This document shows positions 1 to 9,595 of a DNA stretch of 64,000 bases, in pieces (the first letter of the stretch is position 1; each line of letters begins with the position of its first letter). Both the position numbers and the translations under genes were made by a program. Below the pieces are notes generated by a model, which searched no databases, was not told where the DNA came from, and saw only the letters and a program-made list of their open reading frames with translations. The stretch is from a bacterium (lineage in GTDB: Bacteria; Bacillota; Clostridia; Oscillospirales; Acutalibacteraceae), in assembly GCA_004560045.1 (NCBI GenBank), contig SFWF01000001.1, positions 9,524 to 73,523 on the forward strand, in the 5' to 3' direction.

Positions 1-1444
1 TGTCGTTATTTTGAATTTCGGGACGGGTCTTCATATTTCGCCAGCCCGTCCGTCTGAAAACGTCCTTGAAGCGACGGCCGAAAGAGGAAAGCAGAGAGAT
101 CGTTGAATCCACTCCGAAGGAGGTCATACCGAGGAGGTAGATAAGAAATACCAGCAGCATAAAAATATAGCCGTAGAGACCGAAAAGCCCTGCCGCTAGG
201 ATCATTATAAAGCGCATAAAGAAAACCGCCGTTTTAAGACGGGGCACAGTAAGGCCGCAGATACCGCTCAGGGCTACGATAATAAGCATAGGCGCGCTTA
301 TTATTCTCGCTTCTACCGCCGCCTGACCTACCACGAGACCGCCGACGATGCTGAGGGCGTGACCGACGCTTTGGGGCATACGTATTCCCGTTTCACGAAG
401 TATTTCGAAAACGACGGTAAGGGCCAGAGCCTCGGTAAGGGTAGAAAAGGGTACCCCCTCCCTCGCTTTTGCCACAGTCAGAGCAAAGGCAGAGGGAAGA
501 AACTCGAAATGAAAGGTAGTAAGAGCTATAAAGACCGCAGGGGCCGAAAAGCTCAGAAAAAAGCAGAGCATACGCAAAAGCCGTCCCGCGGAAGCCAAAC
601 CGTGATTTATATAGTAGTCCTCGTCCGACTGGAAATTTTCGCTGAAAAGATAGGGCAGGGTTATGACCATAGGCGTACCGTCAACGATAAGAGCTACCCT
701 ACCCTCCAAAAGCTGTGCGCAGACGACGTCGGGACGCTCGGTTTTTCCGACATTCTTAAAAAATGAGGAAGGCCTGTCCGAAATAAGCTCGGTTATATAA
801 TTCGAGTCCAAGACCGCGTCGATATCGATTTTACTAATGCGGCTTTTCAGTTCCCGAAGGACCTCGCGGTTTACAAGGGATTTAAGATAACAGATAAAAA
901 CAAGAGTATTGGTACGGCGGCCGATATTCGTCATTTCGGCGCAAAAATCGGGGGTCTTCAGACGTCGGCGAAGCATTGCCGCATTAAACATGGCCGCTTC
1001 GTCGAAGCCCTCGCGAGGGCCCTCCAATACCCGTTCGTTTTCGGGCTCGGATATACCTCTCGTGCGCCATCCCTTGGTATTTATTATAAGGGCGGTTTTA
1101 CACCCATCGATAAGAAGAAGGGTATCGCCGTAGAGCATTGAGGATGCGGCTGTTTGAACCTCTCCGACAAGCTTTACCTCCCCCGCATAGAGCAGGTTTT
1201 TATATACGTATTCGACTGTACTTTCGTCCCTCGGTAGGTTTCTTGCAAGCACTAAGGGACGCATTATGGAATCGTTTATAAGATCGACGTTTACCATACC
1301 GTCGAAATATATAAGGCAGGCCTCGATTCCGCCGCAGAAGGAGAAATTTCTGAACCTTATAACACTATCCTTATCAAAAAGCGTTTTTATTATATTTATA
1401 TTGTCCCGAAGCCTACCGACGAAAAAATCTTCCAACCTATTCAC
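1..1444 (-). CDS. GerA-family spore germination protein (GerAA/SpoVAF-like); C-terminal end runs off the window
   Basis: Not in the ORF track because there is no stop inside the window. My own minus-strand translation starts at GTG 1444, with an in-frame TAG just upstream. It reads ...YFDGMVNVDLINDSIMRPL...LLEGRVALIVDGTPMVITLPYLF...MPQSVGHALSIVGGLVVGQAAVEARIISAPMLIIVALSGI..., typical of GerA-family A subunits (soluble N-domain plus membrane domain). Confidence 0.8.
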   Translation of the reverse strand, partial: MNRLEDFFVGRLRDNINIIKTLFDKDSVIRFRNFSFCGGIEACLIYFDGMVNVDLINDSIMRPLVLARNLPRDESTVEYVYKNLLYAGEVKLVGEVQTAASSMLYGDTLLLIDGCKTALIINTKGWRTRGISEPENERVLEGPREGFDEAAMFNAAMLRRRLKTPDFCAEMTNIGRRTNTLVFICYLKSLVNREVLRELKSRISKIDIDAVLDSNYITELISDRPSSFFKNVGKTERPDVVCAQLLEGRVALIVDGTPMVITLPYLFSENFQSDEDYYINHGLASAGRLLRMLCFFLSFSAPAVFIALTTFHFEFLPSAFALTVAKAREGVPFSTLTEALALTVVFEILRETGIRMPQSVGHALSIVGGLVVGQAAVEARIISAPMLIIVALSGICGLTVPRLKTAVFFMRFIMILAAGLFGLYGYIFMLLVFLIYLLGMTSFGVDSTISLLSSFGRRFKDVFRRTGWRNMKTRPEIQNND

Positions 1445-1528
1445 CCCGAAATATTGTTTGCAAAAGAAGGTGAACTATTCGGTCAGGTTTTGCATATTAT
1501 ATATAAAACCATTTTAAGGGAGAAATTT

Positions 1529-2032
1529 ATGGATAAAACGCTTTTTGAGAAATACATAAACGAAATGCGGGCTATGAAGGCTGCGGCTATGCCTGAGCCC
1601 GCAAGGCCTGCCGCCGTTTTTTACTACGGAAACGACGAGGATATGACGGGCAGCGGTACCCTTAAGGTACGAGCTACCTCGGTAAGAGGTCTTTATCCCG
1701 TTGAGGGGGCAAGGGTTACGGTATTTACGGGGAATGCCGATAATATGACGGTAGTGGCCGAGGGAAATACCGATATAAGCGGAGCCTCTCCGGAATTTAC
1801 CCTGCCTGCTCCCGCCGCAATTCTTTCCGAAAGCCCCGACCCGAAATCACGACCCTACGCCCTTTATAACCTTCTGACCGAGGCCGACGGCTTTACCAAG
1901 ACCTATAACTATAACGTGGCGGTATTTGACGGGGTGACCTCACTACAGGCGGTCGAGCTTATCCCCCTGAGCGCGGAGCCCGATAAAAACCGCCCCATAG
2001 TTATCGACGAATACGAAGAATATACCCTTTAA
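1529..2032 (+). CDS. Stand-alone SleC-type N-terminal prodomain protein (CarboxypepD_reg-like beta-sandwich)
   Basis: Track ORF 1454..2032. I prefer the ATG at 1529, preceded by AAGGGAG 7 nt upstream. GTLKVRATSVRGLYPVEGARVTVF...FTLPAPAAILSESPDPKSRPYALYNLLTEADGF resembles the pro-region of clostridial SleC as I recall it. Confidence 0.6.
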   Translation: MDKTLFEKYINEMRAMKAAAMPEPARPAAVFYYGNDEDMTGSGTLKVRATSVRGLYPVEGARVTVFTGNADNMTVVAEGNTDISGASPEFTLPAPAAILSESPDPKSRPYALYNLLTEADGFTKTYNYNVAVFDGVTSLQAVELIPLSAEPDKNRPIVIDEYEEYTL

Positions 2033-2043
2033 GGAGGCAGCTT

Positions 2044-3408
2044 ATGGCCGACGCAGTATTTCAGAAAATTCCCGAAACGATCACGGTCCATTTGGGGGCT
2101 CCGAGCTCGGACGCAGAAAACGTTACGGTTCCCTTTGTCGATTACGTCAAAAACGTAGCCTCAAGCGAGATATATCCCTCCTGGCCCGAAAACGCGCTGA
2201 GGGCCAATATCTACGCCATAACCACCTACGCACTTAACCGAATTTTTACCGAATGGTACCCCTCCCGCGGGTACGATTTCGACATTACAAGCTCCACCGC
2301 CTACGATCAGGCCTTTATTCCCGACCGCGATATTTTCGAAAACGTCGGGGCGATCGTCAACGAGCTTTTTAACGATTACGTCGTCAGAGACGGTACGGTA
2401 AATCCCCTCTTCACACAGTTTTGTAACGGCACCACCTCGACCTGCGACGGACTCAGTCAGTGGGGCACGGTGACCCTTGCCGAACAGGGACTTACTCCCT
2501 ACGAAATACTTCAGTACTATTACGGGCAGGACATAAGCATTATTAAAAACGCGCCGATAGAAAATATTCCCGAGTCCTACCCCGGCCGCCCTCTTACCCT
2601 CGGTGACGCAGGAAACGACGTTGAGACCTTGCAGGAGGAGCTTAACCGAATAGGACAAAACTACCCCGCCATACCGAAGATCAAAAGCGTAAACGGAATA
2701 TTCGGCACCGATACCGAGGAAGCGGTAAGGGTCTTTCAGGAGGTATTCGGTCTTCCCGCAAACGGTCAGGTCGATAAGGCTACCTGGTACAGGATCAAGC
2801 GGTATTACGCAGGGGTAAAGTCCCTTGCCGAGCTTGTATCCGAGGGGGTAAGTCTTCAGGAGGCACAGCTCCCCTTTGAGACGGTCTTGAGAATAGGCTC
2901 GGTCGGTATCCCCGTAAGGCTTATACAGTATTATTTAAACGTCATCGCATATTTTGGCGGAATATTCGACATTTTCCCCTTAAACGGTATTTACGACGAG
3001 GTCACCGCCGAGGCGGTAAGAGCCTTTCAGCGGTATTTCGGCCTAAATCCGTCGGGAGAGGTCGACAGAGATACCTGGAACCGACTTTCGGAGGTTTACA
3101 GAGAAATCGTTTTGGGCATTCCCGACTCGGTATACGGCGGAAACGCTCGGCTTTACCCCGGATATTTTTTAAGCGAGGGGATGAGAAACGGCGACGTTAC
3201 CAACCTACAGACCTATTTAAGCTATATCGGAGAATTCTACACCGACATACCGAGGATCCCCGTAACGGGATATTACGGAGATCAGACAGCCGAGGCGGTA
3301 AGGGTCTTTCAGCGGCTTTTCGGCCTTCCCGAAACGGGAGCGGTAGGAGCGGTTGCCTGGAACGAAATTGCTAAGCAGTACGACTTTTTAAGGGCTACGG
3401 AGAATTAA
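2044..3408 (+). CDS. SleC-like spore cortex-lytic enzyme: catalytic domain plus three PG_binding_1 repeats
   Basis: Track ORF with RBS AAGGAGG 6 nt upstream. The N-terminal FVDYVKNVASSEIYPSWPENALRANIYAITTYALNRIFTEWYPSRGYDFDITSSTAYDQAF matches the SleC/SpoIID-like catalytic core. It is followed by three repeats of the type G(I/Y)(F/Y)(G/D)..T..AV..FQ..FGL...G.VD..TW. Confidence 0.7.
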   Translation: MADAVFQKIPETITVHLGAPSSDAENVTVPFVDYVKNVASSEIYPSWPENALRANIYAITTYALNRIFTEWYPSRGYDFDITSSTAYDQAFIPDRDIFENVGAIVNELFNDYVVRDGTVNPLFTQFCNGTTSTCDGLSQWGTVTLAEQGLTPYEILQYYYGQDISIIKNAPIENIPESYPGRPLTLGDAGNDVETLQEELNRIGQNYPAIPKIKSVNGIFGTDTEEAVRVFQEVFGLPANGQVDKATWYRIKRYYAGVKSLAELVSEGVSLQEAQLPFETVLRIGSVGIPVRLIQYYLNVIAYFGGIFDIFPLNGIYDEVTAEAVRAFQRYFGLNPSGEVDRDTWNRLSEVYREIVLGIPDSVYGGNARLYPGYFLSEGMRNGDVTNLQTYLSYIGEFYTDIPRIPVTGYYGDQTAEAVRVFQRLFGLPETGAVGAVAWNEIAKQYDFLRATEN

Positions 3409-3429
3409 AAAGAGGAGCATACGCTCCTC
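3407..3429 (-). terminator. Rho-independent terminator for the 3428..3895 gene
   Basis: GAGGAGC-GTAT-GCTCCTC hairpin (3412-3429) followed by TTTTT on the minus strand. There is no U-tract on the plus strand. Confidence 0.55.
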
Positions 3430-3895
3430 ATAAAAACTGTCTCAGATCGATAGCTAAACGCTCCTCGAGATTTATAAGCCTTTTACAGATATCCTTTGCG
3501 GTCTCGTCGGCCGCCTTATATTCATTCAAATAGCGATTTAAGGATTTCACCCCCATATTACAGCCGTCGGTCATAAGATCGGCAACGGTACTGTCGGTAT
3601 CCTCCATAGCCAGCTTCATTTCGGTTTTGAGATAGCTCATGGTTTTGGCCATAGGGTTCGGGTCCTTTCCGTCGTCGGAAAATCGGTTAAGGGCCGCTTC
3701 TATTTCGTGACCTAACTTTAAGTGCTCATCCCTACATGCAGTAAGGTATTTCGCCATTTTGTCGGAGGAAACGTGGGCAAGAACGTCGTCTATCGACCCG
3801 GTTCCCATTTTGACCCCCGCGTCACATTCGCGAAGCAGCTTTATAGTATCTTGTTCTATCAAAAAAATCACCCTTTCGGAAGTTATTATTTCCAA
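3428..3895 (-). CDS. Uncharacterised all-helical small protein (about 145-155 aa)
   Basis: Track ORF with no family I can name. The listed TTG start at 3895 lies in the loop of the radC terminator hairpin, so the true start is probably downstream (TTG 3862 or ATG 3808). Confidence 0.5.
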   Translation of the reverse strand: MEIITSERVIFLIEQDTIKLLRECDAGVKMGTGSIDDVLAHVSSDKMAKYLTACRDEHLKLGHEIEAALNRFSDDGKDPNPMAKTMSYLKTEMKLAMEDTDSTVADLMTDGCNMGVKSLNRYLNEYKAADETAKDICKRLINLEERLAIDLRQFL

Positions 3896-3908
3896 AAAAG
3901 GGTGATTT
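3858..3908 (-). terminator. Terminator-like hairpin after radC
   Basis: 12-bp arms AAATCACCCTTT / AAAGGGTGATTT (3865-3876 and 3897-3908) with a 20-nt loop, followed by a T-run on the minus strand. Confidence 0.45.
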
Positions 3909-3910
3909 TA

Positions 3911-4606
3911 TTATTCGAATAAATACTTAAACCTTTCCGACTGCGCCATAGAGACGTAATCGTCGTCTGCAATTATAATATGGTCGATAAGGTTTATTGA
4001 AACGGCCTTGAGCGCGCCTATGATCTCGGTAGTAATAATTACGTCGAGCTCCGAAGGAATGGCTATTCCGCCGGGGTGATTATGAGCAAGGACTACGGCG
4101 GTAGCCTCGGTTTTAAGCACCTTTTCGAGAACGGTTCGGGGACTTATTCCCACCGAATCCACGTCGCCCTCCCCTATTATTTCGAAGGACAGTACCTTTC
4201 CGAGGCGGTTAAGACAGAGCATTGCGCAGCATTCGGTATCCACGAGAGAAAACTGCACCATCATATATTCCCCGATATCGGTAAGGTTTTTAAGAAGGTC
4301 GTCGGTTTTATATTTCGAGAGGATATAGTTTCGGGCGACAGGTCTTATAAGCTTAATAAGGCTTGCGGCGTTTCGAGTCATACCCTTAACGGCACAAAGC
4401 TCCTCGATATCGGCGTCGATAACTCCGCTGAGACTGCCGAAACGAGTCAGCAGTTCTCTTGCTATCCAGGCGGTATCCTTCTGTGGAATTCCGTAAAAGA
4501 GCAGCATTTCAAGGAGCTTATCGTTTTGAATCTCGCTAAGGCGCTTCTTGCTTACTATTTCGGTTTTGAGTCTTTCGCGATGACCCTTGTGAACGTTTTC
4601 TGACAA
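3911..4606 (-). CDS. radC: RadC-family JAB-domain protein
   Basis: Track ORF with a TTG start and AAGGAG 9 nt upstream. It has a helix-hairpin-helix N-terminus and the JAMM motif LAHNHPGG. Confidence 0.85.
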   Translation of the reverse strand: MSENVHKGHRERLKTEIVSKKRLSEIQNDKLLEMLLFYGIPQKDTAWIARELLTRFGSLSGVIDADIEELCAVKGMTRNAASLIKLIRPVARNYILSKYKTDDLLKNLTDIGEYMMVQFSLVDTECCAMLCLNRLGKVLSFEIIGEGDVDSVGISPRTVLEKVLKTEATAVVLAHNHPGGIAIPSELDVIITTEIIGALKAVSINLIDHIIIADDDYVSMAQSERFKYLFE

Positions 4607-4677
4607 ATGCTGACACTCCTTAATTTAGGTCTTCCAAAGGAAGGCAATTTGTGGTATATTATTAACGGTGATAAAAA

Positions 4678-5640
4678 ATGAAAAGCTTTACCGCTGGAAA
4701 AAACGACGCCGGAAAACGGCTCGATAAATTTATACAGAAGGCTATTCCTTCCCTTCCGACCTCCCTTATGTACCGTTTTATTCGTACCAAGCACATAAAG
4801 GTCAACCGAAAGAAGGCCGAGATCTCGACCAAGCTTAACGAAGGTGACGTCGTAGAGGCCTGGATAAGCGACGAATTTTTCGCCGAGGTCAAGCCCAAGT
4901 ACGACTTTTTATCGGCACCCGTAAAGCTCGATATAGTTTACGAGGACGAAAACATACTTTTGGTCGATAAAAAGCAGGGGGTCCTCGTTCATCCCGACGA
5001 CAAGGAATATAGCGACACCCTTATCGGCCGTATACAGCATTATCTTTACGATAAGGGGGAATATGACCCCGAGCTTGAAAACAGCTTTAAGCCCAGCCTT
5101 GCCAACCGTATCGACCGAGGCACGGGAGGTATCGTAATTGCGGCGAAAAACGCCGAAGCCTTGCGTATTCTTTGCGATAAGATAAAATACCGCGAGCTCG
5201 ATAAAAAGTATCTCGCGGTAATTCACGGCATTCCCAAAAAGAAGGAGGCTATCCTCGAGGGCTTCCTCGAAAAGAACGAGGACAAAAACAAGGTTTATCT
5301 TAAAAGCTCCCGAGCGGACGGCGGTCTTACCATAAAGACGGGATACAGGGTACTCTCGAGCAAAAACGGGCTCTCTCTTATAGAAGTCGACCTTTTTACG
5401 GGACGCACCCATCAGATAAGGGCCCACATGGCCTCTATCGGTCATCCCCTTCTCGGTGACGGGAAATACGGAAAGCTCGCCGCCGACAAAAAGCTCGGCT
5501 TTACCCGTCAGGCTCTTTATTCCTATAAGCTTTCCTTCGATTTTAAGACCGACGCGGGAATACTTAACTATTTAAACCAAAAGACCTTTACGGTTGAGGA
5601 CGTCTGGTTTGCCCGTGAGCTATTCGATTTTAGAGTTTAA
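4678..5640 (+). CDS. RluA-family 23S rRNA/tRNA pseudouridine synthase with N-terminal S4 domain
   Basis: Track ORF with motifs NRIDRGTGGIV (catalytic Asp) and GRTHQIRAH. Confidence 0.85.
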   Translation: MKSFTAGKNDAGKRLDKFIQKAIPSLPTSLMYRFIRTKHIKVNRKKAEISTKLNEGDVVEAWISDEFFAEVKPKYDFLSAPVKLDIVYEDENILLVDKKQGVLVHPDDKEYSDTLIGRIQHYLYDKGEYDPELENSFKPSLANRIDRGTGGIVIAAKNAEALRILCDKIKYRELDKKYLAVIHGIPKKKEAILEGFLEKNEDKNKVYLKSSRADGGLTIKTGYRVLSSKNGLSLIEVDLFTGRTHQIRAHMASIGHPLLGDGKYGKLAADKKLGFTRQALYSYKLSFDFKTDAGILNYLNQKTFTVEDVWFARELFDFRV

Positions 5641-6109
5641 AGGCTACATCCTTATCTCCGAAGGTATAGGGGGTAAGCTTTACTCCCGCCGCCTTAAACA
5701 TCATTTTTGAGGCCATAACGCCGTCGGTTTCGGCATATTTGTCGCAAGAATAGATTATTTCCTTTATTCCCGACTGAATTATCGCCTTGGCACATTCGTT
5801 GCAGGGGAAAAGAGTAGCGTAAAGACGGCTGCCCTCTAAGGAGCCTCCGCGGAAGTTAAGTATTGCGTTTAGCTCGGCGTGACATACGAAATAGTATTTT
5901 GTCTCTAAATTTCCGCCCTGACGGTCCCAGGGGAAGGTATCGTCGGAGCAGCCCTGCGGCATTCCGTTATAGCCTACCGATAAAATTTTATTATCGCCGC
6001 TTACTATGCAGGCACCTACCTGCGTGGAGGGGTCCTTACTGCGCATAGCCGAAAGCTCGGCAATGCCCATAAAATATTCGTCCCAGGAAAGATAACCTTC
6101 GCGCTTCAT
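5630..6109 (-). CDS. comEB: dCMP deaminase (ComEB-type)
   Basis: Track ORF with zinc-ligand motifs CHAELNA and PCNECAK. Confidence 0.85.
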   Translation of the reverse strand: MKREGYLSWDEYFMGIAELSAMRSKDPSTQVGACIVSGDNKILSVGYNGMPQGCSDDTFPWDRQGGNLETKYYFVCHAELNAILNFRGGSLEGSRLYATLFPCNECAKAIIQSGIKEIIYSCDKYAETDGVMASKMMFKAAGVKLTPYTFGDKDVAFKL

Positions 6110-6123
6110 ATTAAGTACCTCTT

Positions 6124-6777
6124 TTATAAATTATTTATTATATTTAAAATATCCGACGGAGTATCGGCAATATGCCCTGCTCCGTTTTCTTTTAACTCCT
6201 CTACCGTGCGAAAGCCCCAGGTAACGCCGATAGAATGAGTTTTAGAGTTAACTGCGGTCTTCATATCGACCCCCGAGTCGCCGATAAACACCGTCTCGGC
6301 AGGGGTAGCGCCGAATTCCTTTATTATTTCGTTTGTAGAAAACGGATCGGGCTTCAAGGGGCGGTCGGAAGTCTGACCGATAACACGGTCGAAAATTCCG
6401 CCGAATATCTTCTCGGCGATCTCGGTCGCCATATGATGAGCCTTATTGGTACAGATGGCAATATGTATTCCCTTTTCTTTAAGGGCTTTAAGCATTTCGG
6501 GGACGCCCTCGTAAGGGACCGATTTATCGGCATAATGAACGGCGTAATAGTCGAGCATAAGCTTCATGGCCTTCGCGTGCTCCTCCTCCGATCTGTGATC
6601 CTCGGGCAGGGCACGGTAAATAAGCTTAGGTATTCCGTTTCCGACGAAATATTTATATGCGGAAACGTCGTGGGTCGGGTGACCAAGTGTACGCATGGCG
6701 TGGTTGGTAGAGTCGGCAAGGTCGTCTATAGTATTGCAGACCGTTCCGTCTAAATCAAAAATAACTAATTTTATCAT
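6124..6777 (-). CDS. HAD-IA hydrolase, phosphoglycolate-phosphatase-like
   Basis: Track ORF with FDLDGTV motif I and GDSGVD motif. Confidence 0.75.
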   Translation of the reverse strand: MIKLVIFDLDGTVCNTIDDLADSTNHAMRTLGHPTHDVSAYKYFVGNGIPKLIYRALPEDHRSEEEHAKAMKLMLDYYAVHYADKSVPYEGVPEMLKALKEKGIHIAICTNKAHHMATEIAEKIFGGIFDRVIGQTSDRPLKPDPFSTNEIIKEFGATPAETVFIGDSGVDMKTAVNSKTHSIGVTWGFRTVEELKENGAGHIADTPSDILNIINNL

Positions 6778-6857
6778 TTATAATTGCTCCCTTTTCCGAC
6801 ATTTTAACACAAATAACGCAGTTTTACAATAAATATATAATTTTTTTCAAAAAACAC

Positions 6858-6886
6858 TTGCAAAACGCTCGGTTTTCTGTTATTAT
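6858..6886 (+). promoter_or_regulatory. Sigma-A-type promoter for rpmB
   Basis: TTGCAA (6858-6863), 17-nt spacer, TATTAT (6881-6886). Confidence 0.45.
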
Positions 6887-6926
6887 ATCTTTTGCTATTG
6901 AATAAATAAGAGGAGGTGCAGTGTCC

Positions 6927-7115
6927 ATGGCAAAGTGTGATATCTGCAGCAAAGAGATTGCTTTCGGCATTAAGGTTTCCCATTCTCACAGAAGAACTAA
7001 CAGAACCTGGAAGCCCAATGTTGTAAAGGTTAAGGCCATCGTAAACGGCACACCCCGTCGAATCAATGTCTGCACCCGTTGCCTTCGTTCCGGCAAGGTT
7101 GTACGCGCTATCTAA
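6927..7115 (+). CDS. rpmB: 50S ribosomal protein L28
   Basis: MAKCDICSKE...SHSHRRTNRTWKPN. I prefer ATG 6927 over the track's GTG 6921 because of GAGGAGG upstream. Confidence 0.9.
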   Translation: MAKCDICSKEIAFGIKVSHSHRRTNRTWKPNVVKVKAIVNGTPRRINVCTRCLRSGKVVRAI

Positions 7116-7143
7116 TTAGACGGACAAGAGCAATAACTTAAAA

Positions 7144-7170
7144 CCCGAAGACAAAAGTCTTCGGGTTTTT
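7144..7170. terminator. Bidirectional rho-independent terminator (rpmB / alarmone synthetase)
   Basis: CCCGAAGAC-AAAA-GTCTTCGGG, flanked by an A-run on the left and a T-run on the right. Confidence 0.7.
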
Positions 7171-7177
7171 GCTTTTT

Positions 7178-7840
7178 CTAAATAGCCTTCATACGGAGTT
7201 TGTTCATACGCTTATCAAGCTCCGACGCTATTTCGGCACATTCCAAAAGCTCCGCTTCCATTTCCGACGTAAAATCTATATCCTTTTTATATCTGAGCTG
7301 ATGCTCAAGGCTTGCCCAGAAATCCATCGCTATGGTTCGAAGCTGAATTTCAACCTTCATCATCCGCTTTTCCTTCGCCAAAAATATCGGCACGGTCACA
7401 ATAAGATGCAGGCTTCTGTATCCATTAGGCTTCGGATTTGCTATATAGTCCTTTATTTCTAATAGAGTTATGTCGTCCTGCTTTAGAAAAGCTTCGGCAA
7501 TAGTATAAACGTCCTCGGTAAAGGAGCATATTACTCTTATACCCGCAACGTCGTTAAGATTTTTTTCAACAGAGTCTACGCTGAGAGGAATCCCGCGCCG
7601 TTCTAACTTCTCTTTCATACTCATAGGCCGTTTAAGACGAGATTTAATACTGTTTATAGGGTTTCGGTCGAGAAGCAGAGAATATTCTTCGTTTAATACG
7701 TTAAACTTCGTTTCTATTTCCATAATGGCACATCGGTAATACGCCATAAGTTTTTCAAACTCTGAAAAATACTCTCTTGCCTTAAACAGATCCACCGAGC
7801 TGAGAAGCTCCTCAAGTTCTTTTCTTTCTACCGCTTCCAT
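7178..7840 (-). CDS. Small alarmone synthetase (RelQ/RelP-type GTP pyrophosphokinase)
   Basis: Track ORF. It is a single RelA_SpoT synthetase domain: DVAGIRVICSF, GYRSLHLIV, EIQLRT. Confidence 0.85.
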   Translation of the reverse strand: MEAVERKELEELLSSVDLFKAREYFSEFEKLMAYYRCAIMEIETKFNVLNEEYSLLLDRNPINSIKSRLKRPMSMKEKLERRGIPLSVDSVEKNLNDVAGIRVICSFTEDVYTIAEAFLKQDDITLLEIKDYIANPKPNGYRSLHLIVTVPIFLAKEKRMMKVEIQLRTIAMDFWASLEHQLRYKKDIDFTSEMEAELLECAEIASELDKRMNKLRMKAI

Positions 7841-7928
7841 AATTTCACCTCTTATATATTTTCGCCGATAAATATTAAACCAATATTAACAAAAAAGCTC
7901 CGAATCGTTAACTATTTGGAGCTTTAAT

Positions 7929-8909
7929 CTATTCCTGCTTAAAGGGTCTCGTCATAAGCCTTGTGACGATATCGTCAAGGGGATAATTATCGAAAAGAAG
8001 ATGATGACAGGTTTCGATTATGGGAACCTCTACCGAATTTTCGGCGGCAAGCTTATAGGCTATGTCACAGGCAAAGTAGCCCTCGACGGTGCCTACCTCC
8101 TTAAGGGCCTGCTCTACGGGCATTCCCTCGCCGACCTTTCTTCCGAAACGGTTGTTGCGGCTATGAGGAGATGTACAGGTAACTATAAGGTCTCCCATAC
8201 CCGTAAGGCCGTAGAAGGTAGCCTCGTTTGCGCCAAGGGCGGTACCGAGCCGCTTCATTTCGGCAAGACCGCGGGTCATAAGGGCGGCCTTCGAGTTATC
8301 GCCGAGGCCCATTCCGTCACAGACACCTGCCGCAACGGCAATTATATTTTTAAGGGCTCCGCCAAGCTCTACGCCTATTATATCAGGGTTGGTATAAACC
8401 CTTAAATACTCGTTGGAAAACACCTTCTGAACGATACCCAGGGCTTCGGGGTCGTTTCCTGCGGCGGCAAGCATGGTAGGAATACCGCGGGCAACCTCCT
8501 CAGCGTGAGAGGGACCCGAGAGAATAACGATCTTTTTGTCGGGAAGCTCGCGGACGATAACCTCCGAAAGGCGCTTCAAGGAGGCTTTTTCGAAGCCCTT
8601 GGCAACGTTTACTATAATTCCCGGCTCATTTACCGCTCTGAGTCTTGCGGCCGTTTCGCCTACGGCAAAGGAGGGGGTCGCAATAACCGTAATATACGAA
8701 CCGTCGGCCTCCGTTAGGTCGTCGGTTACTTTAATTTTTTCGGAAATATAGACGCCTTTTAAAAGCTTTTCGTTGGTGCGGGTAGTGCGGAGCTGCTCAA
8801 CCTCTTCCTTAAAGGGTGACCAGACCGTTACCTCGTGTCCGTTAGCGTATAGGGTGATGGCCAGGGCAAGGCCCCATCCTCCCGAACCTAAAACCGTTAT
8901 TTTAGCCAT
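7929..8909 (-). CDS. gpsA: NAD(P)H-dependent glycerol-3-phosphate dehydrogenase
   Basis: Track ORF with KITVLGSGGWGLALA Rossmann motif and C-terminal GpsA-type domain. Confidence 0.9.
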   Translation of the reverse strand: MAKITVLGSGGWGLALAITLYANGHEVTVWSPFKEEVEQLRTTRTNEKLLKGVYISEKIKVTDDLTEADGSYITVIATPSFAVGETAARLRAVNEPGIIVNVAKGFEKASLKRLSEVIVRELPDKKIVILSGPSHAEEVARGIPTMLAAAGNDPEALGIVQKVFSNEYLRVYTNPDIIGVELGGALKNIIAVAAGVCDGMGLGDNSKAALMTRGLAEMKRLGTALGANEATFYGLTGMGDLIVTCTSPHSRNNRFGRKVGEGMPVEQALKEVGTVEGYFACDIAYKLAAENSVEVPIIETCHHLLFDNYPLDDIVTRLMTRPFKQE

Positions 8910-8914
8910 TTCTC

Positions 8915-9595
8915 TTACCTCTTCTTAGCTGAAATCGTGGGTTCTGTTCCTTCTATTAGTCTTTTTATGTTAGCGGTGTGCTTAGCGAAGACGATAACCC
9001 CTGCCATCAGCGCCATAATTATTACGGGGATTATATTATAGTAGGCGAAATTCACTACTATCGCGTATACTATCGCTACTCCTATGACCACGACGGTTGC
9101 AATAAGGGAGCTTAGCGATACGATCTTCGAAATTATAAGGGATACTATGAAGGCCGTCAGCCCGAGTATTATGGCAAGCGGACAGCATACCGCGAAGGTT
9201 CCGACGCTGGTAGCGACCGCCTTACCGCCCTTGAATCCGAAGAATATCGGATAAATATGGCCGAGCATTACGGCGATACAGCAGATATAGGCGCCGTAGT
9301 CGGGATGAAAAAGCCAGTTAAAGCCTTGTTCAACGTTATTTATAAGATATCCGAAAACAAGCTTTCCCGCAAGGCAGGCACCGAAGCCCTTTAAGATATC
9401 GAATAAAAAGGTAAGTATGGCAGGAAGCTTACCCACCGTTCGAAGCACGTTTGTGGCGCCCGCGTTACCGCTGCCCGATTTCCGAACGTCCTCGCCCGTA
9501 AAAATACGGGACATTATTACCGCAAAGTTGAGTGATCCGAGCAGGTATGCAAAAGCTATTACCCCTACCGCTGTTAAAACTTGATATGCGCTCAC
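8915..9595 (-). CDS. plsY: Glycerol-3-phosphate acyltransferase PlsY
   Basis: Track ORF (GTG start). It is a polytopic membrane protein with the GSGNAGATN motif, in the conserved der-plsY-gpsA order. Confidence 0.9.
   Translation of the reverse strand: MSAYQVLTAVGVIAFAYLLGSLNFAVIMSRIFTGEDVRKSGSGNAGATNVLRTVGKLPAILTFLFDILKGFGACLAGKLVFGYLINNVEQGFNWLFHPDYGAYICCIAVMLGHIYPIFFGFKGGKAVATSVGTFAVCCPLAIILGLTAFIVSLIISKIVSLSSLIATVVVIGVAIVYAIVVNFAYYNIIPVIIMALMAGVIVFAKHTANIKRLIEGTEPTISAKKR

Noticed and set aside
359-1517. Plus-strand ORFs 359..766, 909..1133 and 1266..1517
   Set aside because: They are antisense to the GerA-family gene that I translated on the minus strand, and they have a basic, low-complexity composition.
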